From positions 806,001 through 870,000 of the forward strand of contig CP142727.1 in assembly GCA_036630325.1 (NCBI GenBank): a DNA stretch of 64,000 nucleotides, in the 5' to 3' direction. The notes under the pieces were generated by a model, which worked only from the letters and a program-made list of their open reading frames with translations, had not been told where the DNA came from and did not search any database. Made by a program: the position numbers and the translations under genes. This stretch comes from Vairimorpha necatrix (taxonomy: Eukaryota). Shown here piece by piece: positions 36,539 to 49,902 of the stretch (its first letter is position 1; every line of letters starts with the position of its first letter).

Positions 36539-37583
36539 AACTCAACTTTACTCATTATATGCTACTAAAAAGAGGATTTCTAAACATACAATTATTTTTA
36601 ATTATTCAAATCAAAATGGAAACTCAAAAAAATATATGAGGAAGTAAATGCCATAAACATAATATATTAGTCCCGTTTTTAAAACGGGAAAGCAGACGCT
36701 AGTACTTACATAAGTCTGTATTTCTTTTTTTAAAAAAAGAATTCAGTTTCCTTTAAACGGATCCATACATAGTTCAAATAAAAGCAACAACATAAATCTT
36801 CCTGTAAACCCCCTTTTGCATTTCTTATTCAGTGTCGTTTCCGATCCTGATTTAATCTTAATATGGCGCCTTTTAACCATAGTTTCTAAGAATTTGGTTA
36901 TTTATTGAGTAATATTTATTTTGAAAGAATTGTTTTTAGATAAGAATGGTCTACAAAGTCGTATGCCTTCGTTACATCGATCCTTGTGGTCTTTACCTTT
37001 TATATGTATATTATTGACTGCCATATTGATTATAGCTTGTACGTTTGCTTTTGGACTTGTCTAATGGCCCTAGTTAGTTCTCTTGCGTTGACCCCCTACT
37101 TTCTACAATATGCTACATTACTTTAGTAGTGCAGTTCGTTGTAAGATTTTAGAGCCTTTACATACAGTTAAAGAGCCTAAAGTCATTATTATTAGTAGGT
37201 TGACTTCATGTTTTTATTAGTAATCCTTTGTAGCAACAAGCTTTATATATACGTATTTATAAATATGTTTATTTTTATTCTTTGTAATACTTACTTCTTT
37301 ATATTATATTACATAGGGTTTTATACATAGCAATATATAATAAGTAAGTACTGATCAATACGTTGTGCAGAGTATTATAAGCAAATTACAATGCCATCTA
37401 GAAATTTAGATAGAAAAAAGCAACGATTATGAAAAAAAGTCTACTTTCAAATGCATAAATAATAAAATAAGTTTTTTACTTGCGATTTAAAATGCTTAAT
37501 TATGAAGAGTTTGTAATATTAAATAAAAAATAAGATTTAATTATTTTGGTACATGACCGTTTGGGACCCGCTATGAAAAATTC

Positions 37584-38820
37584 GGTTAAATTGCGATGTT
37601 ACCCCCCCCCACCCCTAAAAAAATAAAAAAAAAGGGGGAAAAATAAAAAAAAGGGGGAAAAATAAAAAAAGGGGGAAAAATAAAAAAAGGGGGAAAAATA
37701 AAAAAAAGGGGAAACAAAATTTATTCAATCAATTCAAAATCAAATTCGGGCGCTAAATCGTAATTTAAAAATGATATATTATCAATCTCAAAAAAGCATA
37801 ACATTCTTTCAAGTAGTGATTCTCTATAAATTAACTTAAAACGAGCTATATAAAGCTTACGAATGAGATTCATTAAAGAACCATGGCAAGTTCCTTCTTT
37901 GCGCAATTCCCTTTTAATTACAGACCACATTCCCTCAATTGTTTGGGTGTGGGCGCCTGTTGTTGGATTTACAAAATTTTGGCTATGATTTACAGTTAAA
38001 TGTAAATAGTTATAATCCGGACATAGTTCCGAAAACCCTTCATAACCCCGCCAACAATCAGTAATAATTGTAGACCCAGGTGCGATTTTTCGTTTTATTA
38101 AATCGACAAGAGTAGCTCTTGATCGATTTTCAACAATTTCGAAAAAAAAAGAATTGCTGTCTCCTCGCACAACTCCACCAACGGCCCAAACTTGGTATTG
38201 ATGGATTCTACCGTTATGGTTTTTACTTTTAACAAGCAATGTCTCGTCTATTTCAACTACGCAATTTAAACCTCCTATGGTTTTGTTTTGAAGGTAGTTG
38301 AAATAGGATAAGAATACAGCGTTATTAAAACGCGTAAACCAGCGAGATACGGTACTACTATCTATATCCAATTCGATAGTAGCCGAAACATTGCTTACCC
38401 CCTTTACCCATTCACACAGCAAAATTAAAAGATCTTCGATATCTAATCTAGAACTTTTAAAAATTCTTTCTTTGTAAATGTTACCTTTGTTTGAGCATTT
38501 TCTCCCATTTCGTCGTAAGTAACAACGATATTTGTCCAAATTATTTCTAATTTTGGTCATGGGCGTCATGCACTTATTGCACATTGGTACCTTTAATATA
38601 TTTTTTTCCCGAAGAAATAAAAATAATTCCTCTTTTTTATATATTAATTTTCTAAAATTTTTTATGTTCATTTTGGGGACATAATTTTTCCCCCTTTTTT
38701 TATTTTTCCCCCTTTTTTTTATTTTTCCCCCTTTTTTTTATTTTTCCCCCTTTTTTTTATTTTTCCCCCTTTTTTTTTATTTTTTTAGGGGTGGGGGGGG
38801 GGTAACATCGCAATTTAACC
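37584..38820 (-). mobile_element. Merlin DNA transposon, intact copy 2
   Basis: Same TIRs as the 20900 copy; 8-bp TSD AAAAATTC. Confidence 0.96.
37721..38671 (-). CDS. Merlin/ISXO2-like DDE transposase, 316 aa
   Basis: Differs from 21040-21990 by a single visible residue (KESIF vs KERIF). Confidence 0.95.
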   Translation of the reverse strand: MNIKNFRKLIYKKEELFLFLREKNILKVPMCNKCMTPMTKIRNNLDKYRCYLRRNGRKCSNKGNIYKERIFKSSRLDIEDLLILLCEWVKGVSNVSATIELDIDSSTVSRWFTRFNNAVFLSYFNYLQNKTIGGLNCVVEIDETLLVKSKNHNGRIHQYQVWAVGGVVRGDSNSFFFEIVENRSRATLVDLIKRKIAPGSTIITDCWRGYEGFSELCPDYNYLHLTVNHSQNFVNPTTGAHTQTIEGMWSVIKRELRKEGTCHGSLMNLIRKLYIARFKLIYRESLLERMLCFFEIDNISFLNYDLAPEFDFELIE

Positions 38821-39529
38821 AAAAATTCAAAAAAGGGAAAAATAAAAAAAATTATAAAAAAAGAGACCTACCGATTTATTTTAAATAATGAAGAAAGACA
38901 TTTTATTTGTTGATTTTTATGATTTAGAAAGCTTAGAGGAAGTTTTAAAGGTGCTCATAGTGTTCGTCCTGGTTTTCTTAATGTATTGGTCGAATATTTC
39001 TAATAGAAATGAGCCCAAACCAACTAAATTATTTGGTTACATGTCTCAAAATCGCTAGGGCTTCAGCATTGATGAAGTGATTCATATACTGGGCTCCGCC
39101 CCTTTGCTTGTCTGATGTGGGTTCATATGATACCCGTAGGTTACAGATCATAATAGAAACAGGTTATACACTATCTTGTATTACCTCAAGGAAATTGAAG
39201 TATTTCTACTAGATACAGAAACGAGCAAGGCGCACGCCGATTCAGCACCAAATGTTTCCAAAATAATCACCTATGATTTCCATGTATTAATATATTTCAT
39301 CACTAAAAGCTCATCTCCCTTACAAACATTGTTTTTGCCAATTTTAGCATTTTTGAAAGGAGGGTCCTTTAAAATTTCAAAGCGTGTTCTAAACGGTCAT
39401 GTACCGTTTTTTTTTCTATTTTCAAAGGGCCCATATTTGTTTAAACATGCTCAAATCCATAATAACATCAGATTTTGATCCATGTCCCCTGATTCAGATG
39501 TAGCTACAAAAAGATTATTTGGCACTGTT

Positions 39530-41830
39530 AATATGTTTATTGTTATTCATTCTAAAATTAGGGGTTACATTTTAAATATTTAAAAATATATCAACATCCC
39601 CCTCTACAAAGTTGGCTCATCAACTAAACGCTTTAACTGAGAAGCGTGTCTTTTTATTTTTTTTTATCTATCTCGATTATATACGCATAATTTTCAAAGC
39701 TTTATAAACACATCCTCGAACTTTTAACTTAGGGCTACCTTTTTCTCTATTTCCTTCTTGTCTAATTAACACAACCTCCCTGGTCTAAAAAATGTTCCTG
39801 TTTACCATTCCCATTTCTTTTATTGTATGTTATTATATTTTCCATTTGAATCTGTCTTAGTTTGTCTTGTTCATTTAACAAGGTTGCTTCTTGGGGAGTC
39901 ATTAAAATTCCAGTATGAAATGTGTTGTTGTATATCTCTATAGCTCTTTTTAACTTCGTTTTAAAAAAACTGTCTTGGCTGTTTCTTAAAAATTAGTTCT
40001 TGTAGTGTCTTTTTTCTCTCTACTCTACCATTGGGTTGGTGATTGTAGGAAGACGTATAATGTAACTCAAAAATAAGATTCTTACAAAAATTGACAACTT
40101 TTTTTAATTAAATTTTCTTTTGACTGATCTAATAATTGTGTTTTTATCATAACCTTTTGGTTGACTTCTTCTATAAAACTTGCTACCTTTTCATCATTTC
40201 TTGAACTAAGAACTTTTGCAAGACCCTCTCTAGTAAATAATCAATAGCCGATATAATATATTGCTTCCCTATTGGGCCATTATATCCACTGCAGCCTTTT
40301 CCCCTCTTCAAACGCCGTAACCTAAATATACTTTCTTTCTTTTTTGAATTATATTGACAACATATTTCACATTCATTTACTACTTGCTTAACTAGTTTTT
40401 CTACATTATTAATTTTGAGTCCTCTTTTTATAATTTCATACTCTAATGAATGTTTCCCATTATGTAAAGTTCTAAATGAATAGCTCGCACAATTTCTTTT
40501 TCTTCAACCCCATACTTCTTAATTTCTATATCCTTCCTGTTTTCTTTGTCGTCTTCCAGTTGTTTACTATCATCCATTATTTCCTCATCTTCAACGAAAT
40601 CAAAATTTCTGCTCGAACAATCTACGTGAGGTATGTCTTTGCCTTGTCTGTACGTCACCTTAAAGCAATATCTAGACATTCTATCTAACCAATTTTGAAT
40701 TCTCGGGGAATTTATTTCAACTTTATTAAGCACTTCTAATGCTTTATGATCTGTAATTACCTCAAATTTCGCACCATAAAAAAAGTAATTAAAACTTTTT
40801 ATGCCCCATAACATGGCCAAACACTGTTTCCACTAATACCGTAATTAATTTCATGATATTTTTGTTTTCTAGAAGCAAATGCAATAGGTATCTCCTCTCC
40901 ATCAATAATTTGACTAAGTACTGCTTTGATTCTCGACTTAGAAGCGTCCTTTGTCAAAATAAAATCTTTACTGTAATCTGGCTGAAATAATCCTATGTTC
41001 GTTTTGAGAATCTCTTTGATCTCCTTAAAAATTTTCTCTTTTTCTTCTGTCCAAATGAACTGTTTCTTGTTCTTTTAATATATCATACAGTGGACTTAAT
41101 ATACCGGAGCAGTCTTTAATAAATTTTCCATAATAGTTAATAGCTCCTAAAAATTCCTGTCACTGTTGCTTATCCCTTGGTGATTTTAAATCTTCTTTTT
41201 CTTGTAATTTATTAACTAACGGAAGTATCTTATTTTCTTCTATATGGTGTCCTAAAAAGTCGATTTCACGCTGTCTAAAACTAGATTTGTCTTCATTTAT
41301 TTTAAGCTTGTTTCTATCCAAAGCTTCTCTAATCCTTTTGTATGCCTCATCATGTTCTTTTTCATCTCTGCCAAAAATTAAAATATCATCCACATAACAG
41401 AAACAGCTCTTTCCTATTTCTTCTTAAAGTGAAAAATCCATAAACCTCTAGAATATTGCAGGTGAATTTTCGAATCCTTGGCATCACCTTCCATTCATAC
41501 AGTTTTTGTTTTTATCTAATACTGTCTTGAATCTATCTCTTTCAACCAACTTAATTTGAAAAAACCTATCTTCCAGATCCAACTTTGAGAAAAATTTCAT
41601 TCCACGCAAATTACATAAAATCTCGTCTATTCTGAGAATGAAATACCTGTCAAGTTCAACTATTTATTAAACGCTACTAAATTTGTAGTCACTCGAATTC
41701 AACCATCTGGTTTTATTGCCGGCCGAAGATTATTAAGCCATGTAGACTAAGACTCCTGAATGTATCCCTTACTTAAAAGCTTTTAAATCGCCATTTCAAC
41801 GCCTTCTTCCATGTTCTTTGACAATGTATA
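39530..41830 (-). mobile_element. 3' half of a degenerate Gypsy element
   Basis: RT (VDDILIFG), RH (ITDHKAL) and IN fragments, PPT agaggggga next to a ...AACA end at 39596; related to the 22268 element; cut at 41830 by the Ginger-like element. Confidence 0.8.
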
Positions 41831-42432
41831 TGTTGCAGTCAAAGTGTGCATTCCAGGCAATGTATACATTTACTAGTCAATGCATAAATTCGCCAAAATT
41901 CGTAGTTAAAGTTTTATTGTAACTGAAATGAACACATTACCTAATGGATGTATGCATTCACGGGCTGCTTCTAGTCAAAGTGATCACTCACTAGTAAAAT
42001 GAACATTTTAACTAGTAAATGTATGCAGATTTACTAACCAACTGCAGTAAAAGCGTTAATTAATGTATTTTAGAATAGAAGAGAGTTTAAACAAGTTTTT
42101 ACAGGCACAAGACGTTAACCGTCGTTCTAGATTCAGGTTAAAACATAAATGTTAAATCGGGAGAAAAAAATTAGAACACACACAATGATTAAGTTTGAAC
42201 AGTAAAACTAGGTATCATTAAATATAAATTTTAGTTATAAATTGAAATACATAATAATTTAAGACAAAGTTTATACAACATAAATAGGTTATAATATTAA
42301 ATAAAATATATCGAAAAAATGAATTAATAATTGACTCGATGATGATTGCACTAAAGCTAATTAAAATATAAAAATAGAAAAAAAATAAAATTAGAGCAAA
42401 AAATAAAATAAATAGAAGGAAAAATTTATAAC

Positions 42433-42773
42433 TGTGGTATAATATCTCATACCACATGTTTATGGTGACCAATAGACGATGAAACGCTAATGTGCTTTGA
42501 TACACGTCAAGCATCTCTAATTGTTAGTGGACAGTTCTGAAACACTAATTTCTAATTGGTTACACACAAATATAAATAACGAAATTCATCACTTAAAAAG
42601 AATAAGAATGCCTAAGAACAACAACAGCCGCACTCCAGCTTAGGCCCATGACGCCAATAACAATAAACACTATTCAAATACATTTACACCTACCTTGGGA
42701 ATTCACGGTGCACATAACCGTAGCATTATTGAATGCTTTCTTGCCACTGGCACAATTCCAGGTAAATACGCCA
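42433..42773 (+). mobile_element. Solo LTR
   Basis: TGTGGTAT...CGCCA, 5-bp TSD ATAAC, 3' end similar to the 7458 and 62800 LTRs. Confidence 0.85.
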
Positions 42774-42809
42774 ATAACATAAAAATAAGTAAAATTAATT
42801 AACAGAACG

Positions 42810-44540
42810 TTATTTGTTTGCACAATTTAAACTTCCATGACATTTGGAGTTGCACGATTTGCTTGCTTTGAGGCATGCACATCTTTTTGTTGCGCATTTT
42901 GTCTTGCACTGGCATTAAGAAAATCCCTGTCGCTACCTATCGACTGTTTGGTAGCTATAGTACGTAATGGCAATTCAATTGCATTGTTTTCATTATCAAT
43001 TGGCGAAATATACTTTCAGGACACACGCTAGATTGAGATCTGGAATATAATCCTTTTAAAATTCCATTCCGTATCCAATTTGAAAGTAATCATTATCGGG
43101 TTTAGTTAATAAACATCCTAGTACTGCACGTTAATCTCCCCGTCTTCTATCAACTTCCGGTACATTAATTCTAACTGTCATTCCCACCTCCGCCGAGGGA
43201 TGTGAGGCATCAGAAATTAGTTTCATGCACTTAGCTTGATTGTTCAAGTTTTCTTTTGCTTATACTCGGGCATAATTGATGCGTGATTGCACCGTACAAA
43301 TATCGCACATTTTATTGCATTCCGAATTGAGTAAATGTCACATCCGTTACATTTTCGGGTCTCAGTAGTAGGCGGTATACTACCATGTTCCGTGTCATCC
43401 AGTAGCAATTTTCTGGCGCCTTCTCCGAAGATTATCTGATTCTAGATATAGTTCCTTTTTGGCAAAAACTTCAACTTGTGTAATCTCCTAGACACTTTCT
43501 TCAGGACAGTTGATATTTTTTAAAATATTATCCAAATCTTCTTCACTGTTTATACTGCTTAATACCTCGTGTAATAGGCGATAAGAGGTTAGTCCGACAT
43601 TGGCGGGTTGTCCAAACATTGCCTCTTAAGGACTTCGCTTTATACCAGCGCGAAGAGCTCGATTTTTCATAAACTGCACATAATTCAGTCCTCTACTCCA
43701 ATTACTAGTTTGATTATCTTGCATCCATGCGGTTAAAATATTCTCAATAATTTGATTCGCACGCTCCACACTGCCTTGAGACTGGCTGTGGCGTGGCTTC
43801 CCATGCACAATTTTTAATTCAGGCCACAAACCTTTAAAATCATCATTGACGTGGTTAACAATTCTCGGCCATTGTCCGATTGCAAAATAGATGGTTCCCC
43901 AAATAGTAAAAAAATTTGAAGGAGTTGATCAGCAACTTCATATGCTGTCTTATTCTTATGGGCTCTAAGAATGATAAACTTTGTTAAGTGGTTTAGGTAC
44001 AACAATATAAAATTATAATTATCATCTGGCTCTGATTGGAAGTCAATTAAATCTACTTGAAATTTTGAATAAAAATGAGAAAACACCATTGGCTTAACCA
44101 CCAAGCCTTTCTTATTATTCGCCCCTTTTAAGGCACACTTAACAATTATATAAAAATGTTTGAATATCTTGTGCTGTTAGATTTTTAAAGCGAAGGTTAA
44201 GTTCCTTTTGTATTCTGTCTCGTCCTCCATGTCCTATTGATAAATGAGTTTCATATAAAACTTCAAAGAATTTTTTAACAGTAACATAATACAGCACTTT
44301 TTCATCTGCTATTGGTGCAATTAGTTTATCCACATTACCCACATATACTGTATCATAATGTTTTAGTGACCAGAAGTGACGTTTCCTTTTTTCTGAGCAG
44401 ATTTATCGGATTTAACATCACTTATTGGTTGAGTATATCTTTCCGTAGTCATACGAAGGCCGTTAGCTTTTTGTGGTGTATTCTATATATGCTGGTAGAA
44501 TTTATCTTTCATTGTTTGTTTATCCATTTTAAATTTATGC
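42810..44540 (-). pseudogene. KRBA2/SCAND3-like integrase-type transposase, fragmented
   Basis: HLSIGHGGRDR, QVDLIDF, ILQSDNGRE, HGKPRHSQSQGSVERAN, and a Cys-rich tail CQCKTKCATKRCAC...CNSKCH. Confidence 0.85.
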
Positions 44541-44891
44541 CTAAAAATAATTAAAAATTATTAATTTGTATGGACACATATTTTTTAAATAACTCACTTA
44601 CCATCCAACAATCAGCCAGTGTGTACTCTCTTAAACAGCACAGATTGAGCAACAGCACACAGTGCATCACGAAAAAAGAGGTAAGGTTTAAGGTTTCCCG
44701 GTAAATTTAACGATTTAACCAACGGATTCAAAACACAACAAACTGACTAGAAGCAGCACGTGAATGCATACATTCACTAGGTAATGTGTTCATTTCAGTT
44801 ACAATGAATACTTTAACTACAAATTTTAGCGAGAATATGCATTTACTGGCAAATGTATACATTGCCTGGGATGTACACTTTAACTGCAACA

Positions 44892-45403
44892 TATATAAAA
44901 GAATTTTATTTAATTTTTACCCCCTTTTATGCGGATTTGAAATTTCTACACTATATATTTTGTGCTTACTACAATCAAACACCATCAAATATAGATTTAA
45001 TGTTCAAATATGATAATTGTAGATGCGTATACTAAATGTTAATACACTTGCATTTTAATTATTATTTTTGTTAAACTCAGTTCCAAAATATCGTCAGAAT
45101 CGTTTTTTAGATTTTATTTAACCCTTCCACAAAAATTCCGAAAACGCTTAACAATCAAAAGTTTCGTGTAATAAGTGCCAAAAGTTGAGCTTAAGAGGTA
45201 TTCAAATTATCCCATTGATATTTATTTGTGTTTTAAACTTTATTTTACTTCTAATTAAATTAAAAATTGTTTTTAAAAATCATACCATTTCCTTTTCAAA
45301 TTTCTCTTCTGGAAAGGAAAATTTGAAAAAAATATTAAGGAGGTACATATTATAAAAACTAAATATTTAAATCCCGTTTTCAAAACGGGAAAGCATACGC
45401 TAG
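44892..45403 (+). mobile_element. Non-autonomous Helitron unit 4 (first bases lost)
   Basis: Collinear with 31411-31927; same hairpin and CTAG|T end. Confidence 0.82.
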
Positions 45404-46364
45404 TAAAAATATGAAATAAAATTACATACCGAGGGGTATGGAAGATAAAAGAAATAATCACTATACTCTTAATTTATCTTTATTGGACTTGACTTCCGCA
45501 GGAGGTACGACAATATTTATTGTCGTATCCTTCTATAAATATTATATATTTTCACCCCCATGCAATTCGTAAATAAAGGAACATTCGACATTTATAATGT
45601 AAGATACAAACAATTAGTATTCTTGTTAAAACATACATTAAAAATAAAAGAAGTGCATGTAATCAAATAGGAACAAGGCCAATGAAGCTATCAGTAAGTG
45701 AAGAAATAAAAATATATTTTAAGAGCATATGTACTTTATACTACATAAATTAATATACAATTATACATGATGCATTTATTTGTATTATACATCACAAACT
45801 CACCATGGAAAAGATATAATATATTTTTATGTGAGTATCAAAGTCAAAGTGTCATCTCACATCTTAAAAATGTCAAGTTTCTTGTTTATTTGTTTGGTCG
45901 ACAAATAAACAAAACAAATGTGTATTAGACAATATAATTTTATATCTGAGAATTAGATAATAGATCATTTAATTATTAGAATAATCATAATTTAAGATAA
46001 ATATATAAGTTGTGTTCATGTATAATACTGTAGTATCATGTAGATTCAACTCTTTATAAAGCATCATTTAGAATTCATGTTTTTTATACAATTTTTACAC
46101 AATTATAAATGTTGCTGTTCTCAGATCACAATTTTGATCAGTGAATCAGTGATTAATCAATCATTTGCTGATTTATTAAAATAATTTTTTACCCTTGTAA
46201 AATTTTATTTCATCCAATCTGATATTATATCATTTATTAAGTATTTTTAAACAATTATAGTTTTCATATTTTATATTAAAAGAATTTGTATTAAGAAATA
46301 TATTTATTTCTAATATTTTCATAAATACTGATTAAAATCAAATATATTGATTTTTAATACACAA

Positions 46365-47610
46365 CACCAGGTTGATTCTGCCTGACGTAGACGCTATTCC
46401 CTAAGATTAACCCATGCATGTTTTTGATATGAAAAAATGGACTGCTCAGTAATACTCACTTTATTTAATGTATTAAATTAGTATAACTGCGTTAAAGTGT
46501 AGCATAAGACATATACAGTAAGAGTGAGACCTATCAGCTAGTTGTTAAGGTAATGGCTTAACAAGGCAATGACGGGTAACGGTATTACTTTGTAATATTC
46601 CGGAGAAGGAGCCTGAGAGACGGCTACTAAGTCTAAGGATTGCAGCAGGGGCGAAACTTGACCTATGGATTTTATCTGAGGCAGTTATGGGAAGTAATAT
46701 TCTATTGTTTCATATTGTAAAAGTATATGAGGTGATTAATTGGAGGGCAAATCAAGTGCCAGCAGCCGCGGTAATACTTGTTCCAAGAGTGTGTATGATG
46801 ATTGATGCAGTTAAAAAGTCCGTAGTTTATATTTAAGAAGCAATATGAGGTGTACTGTATAGTTGGGAGAGAGATGAAATGTGACGACCCTGACTGGACG
46901 AACAGAAGCGAAAGCTGTACACTTGTATGTATTTTTTGAACAAGGACGTAAGCTGGAGGAGCGAAGATGATTAGATACCATTGTAGTTCCAGCAGTAAAC
47001 TATGCCGACGATGTGATATGATATTAATTGTATTAGATGATAGAAATTTGAGTTTTTTGGCTCTGGGGATAGTATGATCGCAAGATTGAAAATTAAAGAA
47101 ATTGACGGAAGAATACCACAAGGAGTGGATTGTGCGGCTTAATTTGACTCAACGCGAGGTAACTTACCAATATTTTATTATTCAGAGAAGATTTATAATC
47201 TGAGAATGATAATAGTGGTGCATGGCCGTTTTCAATGGATGCTGTGAAGTTTTGATTAATTTCAACAAGACGTGAGACCCTTTTATTAATAGACAGACAC
47301 AATCAGTGTAGGAAGGAAAGGATTAAAACAGGTCCGTTATGCCCTCAGACATTTTGGGCTGCACGCGCAATACAATAGATATATAATCTTTATGGGATAA
47401 TATTTTGTAAGAGATATTTGAACTTGGAATTGCTAGTAAATTTTATTAAATAAGTAGAATTGAATGTGTCCCTGTTCTTTGTACACACCGCCCGTCGCTA
47501 TCTAAGATGATATGTGTTGTGAAATTAGTGAAAACTACTTGAACAATATGTATTAGATCTGATATAAGTCGTAACATGGTTGCTGTTGGAGAACCATTAG
47601 CAGGATCATA
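46365..47610 (+). rRNA. Microsporidian small-subunit rRNA (~1.25 kb)
   Basis: Starts CACCAGGTTGATTCTGCC; universal motifs GTGCCAGCAGCCGCGGTAA, GTACACACCGCCCGTC, AAGTCGTAACA, GGATCA. Confidence 0.98.
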
Positions 47611-47647
47611 ATAAGTTAAATTTAAATTAATTTTAATTATTTAATTT
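47611..47647 (+). other. Single short AT-rich ITS
   Basis: ~37 bp between the SSU end and LSU start; no separate 5.8S/ITS2. Confidence 0.85.
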
Positions 47648-49241
47648 ACCCACACATGGGATCAATAGGATACCATAACGATGAAGGTCGTAATAGAATA
47701 CGAAAGTATATTATTTACCTAATTAATATATTTATAATGTATTGATAACCCTTTGAACTTAAGCATATCATTAAAAGGAGGAAAAGAAACTAACTAGGAT
47801 TTCTTTAGTAGCAGCGAGTGAACAAGAAATAACCCTCCATTGTAATCCTTAATTGGAGTTGTAAATGGTTTATTCTATTAATTATATTTATAGAGAATAT
47901 TATATTCGTTATTAATAGAATAGAATAATGTACTTGAGTAGAGCTGCTTGGTAGTGCAGTTTGAATAAAGGTAGAATGAAATATCTAAGGTTAAATATAA
48001 TGGTATACCGATAGAAAATAAGTACTGCGAAGGAACTTGTGAAAATGTGTGGAGTTTAGCCTTATTTTTAAGGACCCGTCTTGAAACACGGACCAAGGAG
48101 ATTATAATTATAGCAAGATAAAAATTAAATTTTTTAATCTTTATTAACTTGATAAGTTATAATTATAAGACCCGAAACACAGTGAACTATACATGTTCTG
48201 GTTGAAGATAAGCAATAGTTTATTGGAAGACCATAATCATTCTGACGTGCAAATCGATGATTTAAGATGTGTATAGTGGCGAAAGACCAATCGAACTGTG
48301 TGGTAGCTGGTTCACAGCGAAATGTCTCTCAGGACAGCAGTTATTATTATATAGGACATAGATGTAGGACACTGTTATAGTTTTTTAACTATGAGAAATC
48401 TTTAATTCTATGGAATTATATAAATTAAATTTATATAATGAATCTATTGTATAACTAGTGGGCACATGATTGTAAGAATGATGTGCAAAAAGGGATGAAC
48501 CTTATGAAACATTAAATATTCTAAATAGTAGATATTATACCATAAATATGATGAATACATTGAGACAGTAGGGCGGTTGTTATGGAAGTAGAAATCCGCT
48601 AAGAAACGTGTTACAACGTACCTACCGAATGTATTATTGTATAAAATGGAAGAAGATTACTACTTTTATGAGATGTTTCTAATAAATATTTAGGTAGCTG
48701 TGCAATTTGTTTGTATTGAAGTATATATGTGAGTATATATAGAAGAAACAAATGAGCCGATCTTGGAGGCAGTAACAATATATTTGTATAGATATAGACT
48801 AGGGTTTTCAATTATTATTGAAGTGAATCGGTGTTATTAATAAAAACAAAAAAGATTAATAATTCTTTATTAAATTATTATAAGGTAACTTGATAATGAC
48901 AGTATATTTCAATAAATTTAAGATAAATGAATTAAATTTTATTATAACTATGGATTGTCATGATAAGAAATAGTTAATTATATATACTTGATAAAAATAA
49001 AATAATTTTAACCGTACCTATACCGCATCAGGTGTCTTTGTATCATAACAAATATTTTAAATTAAAGTAAGTAAGGGAATTCGGCAAATTAGATCTGTAA
49101 CTTTGGGATAAAGATTGGCTCTAGCATGCTAGAACTTTTACTATGTAAGGAATCTGACTGTTTATTAAAAACATAGCTTTTTGTATTTACAAGAAGTGAA
49201 TTCTGCCCAGTGCATTTATTGTTAAAGTTGTGTAAGCGAAT

Positions 49242-49294
<53 letters not shown>

Positions 49295-49393
49295 TTAATT
49301 GGTGACGCGCATGAATGGAGCAACGAGATTCCTACTGTCCCTACTTACAATTTTGTGAAACCACGAGACAAGGGAACGGGCTTGTTATTTATC

Positions 49394-49425
<32 letters not shown>

Positions 49426-49860
49426 TTAGTATGTTTTAATAAATATTCGGTATATTGTAGAGAGGTGGGAGAAGTATTGTGAAACCACTAGTATGTTTGA
49501 ATATTTATTTATTAGAATATATGGGGAGTTTGGCTGGGGCGGTACAGCTGTTAAAAAGTAACACAGCTGTCCTAAGGTAGATGAATGATGGATGGTAACC
49601 ATCAGTTTATTATAAGGGAATAAATCTGCTTTACTTTATGCATATGACTGTATTTAGTAGGGAAACCTTGGCCTAGCGATCCCAATTACATTCATTATGT
49701 ATTGGGTGATTGAAAAGTTACCACAGGGATAACTGGCTTGTAGCAGGCAAGCGATCATAGCGACTCTGCTTTTTGATTCTTCGATGTCGTCTCTTCTGAT
49801 CATCGTAGTGTATATGTTACGAAGTGTTGGATTGTTCACCCGGTAATGAGGAACGTGAGA

Positions 49861-49902
<42 letters not shown>

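Larger units (their letters stand above)
32450..36702 (+). mobile_element. Non-autonomous Helitron unit 3, interrupted by a Gypsy element
   Basis: Starts TCATATATATG; ends with the hairpin and CTAG at 36699-36702, followed by host T. Confidence 0.82.
29780..37300 (-). pseudogene. Degenerate non-LTR retrotransposon with RT and restriction-like endonuclease (R4/NeSL-type architecture), split by the Helitron array
   Basis: IDVTKAYD and LQED...LFELCMDP right of 36703; NHLL..DLKL, GRGLISIEE, RHNEVVRCIH and RLDILVFDK (RLE) left of 31410. Outer ends are approximate. Confidence 0.78.
37548..39405 (-). mobile_element. Old Merlin-like remnant hosting the young Merlin copy
   Basis: Inverted repeat GGTACATGACCGTTT at 37548 and AAACGGTCATGTACC ending at 39405; residual KIG...GDE and FLEVIQD motifs; TSD imperfect. 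Confidence 0.6.
41831..44891 (-). mobile_element. Ginger-like (integrase-type) DNA transposon, degenerate
   Basis: ~145-bp imperfect TIRs starting TGTTGCAG, with TATA on both flanks. Confidence 0.85.

Noticed and set aside
49265-49295. R2/R1-type insertion in the LSU
   Set aside because: The target sequence is uninterrupted; the LINE lies outside the rRNA.
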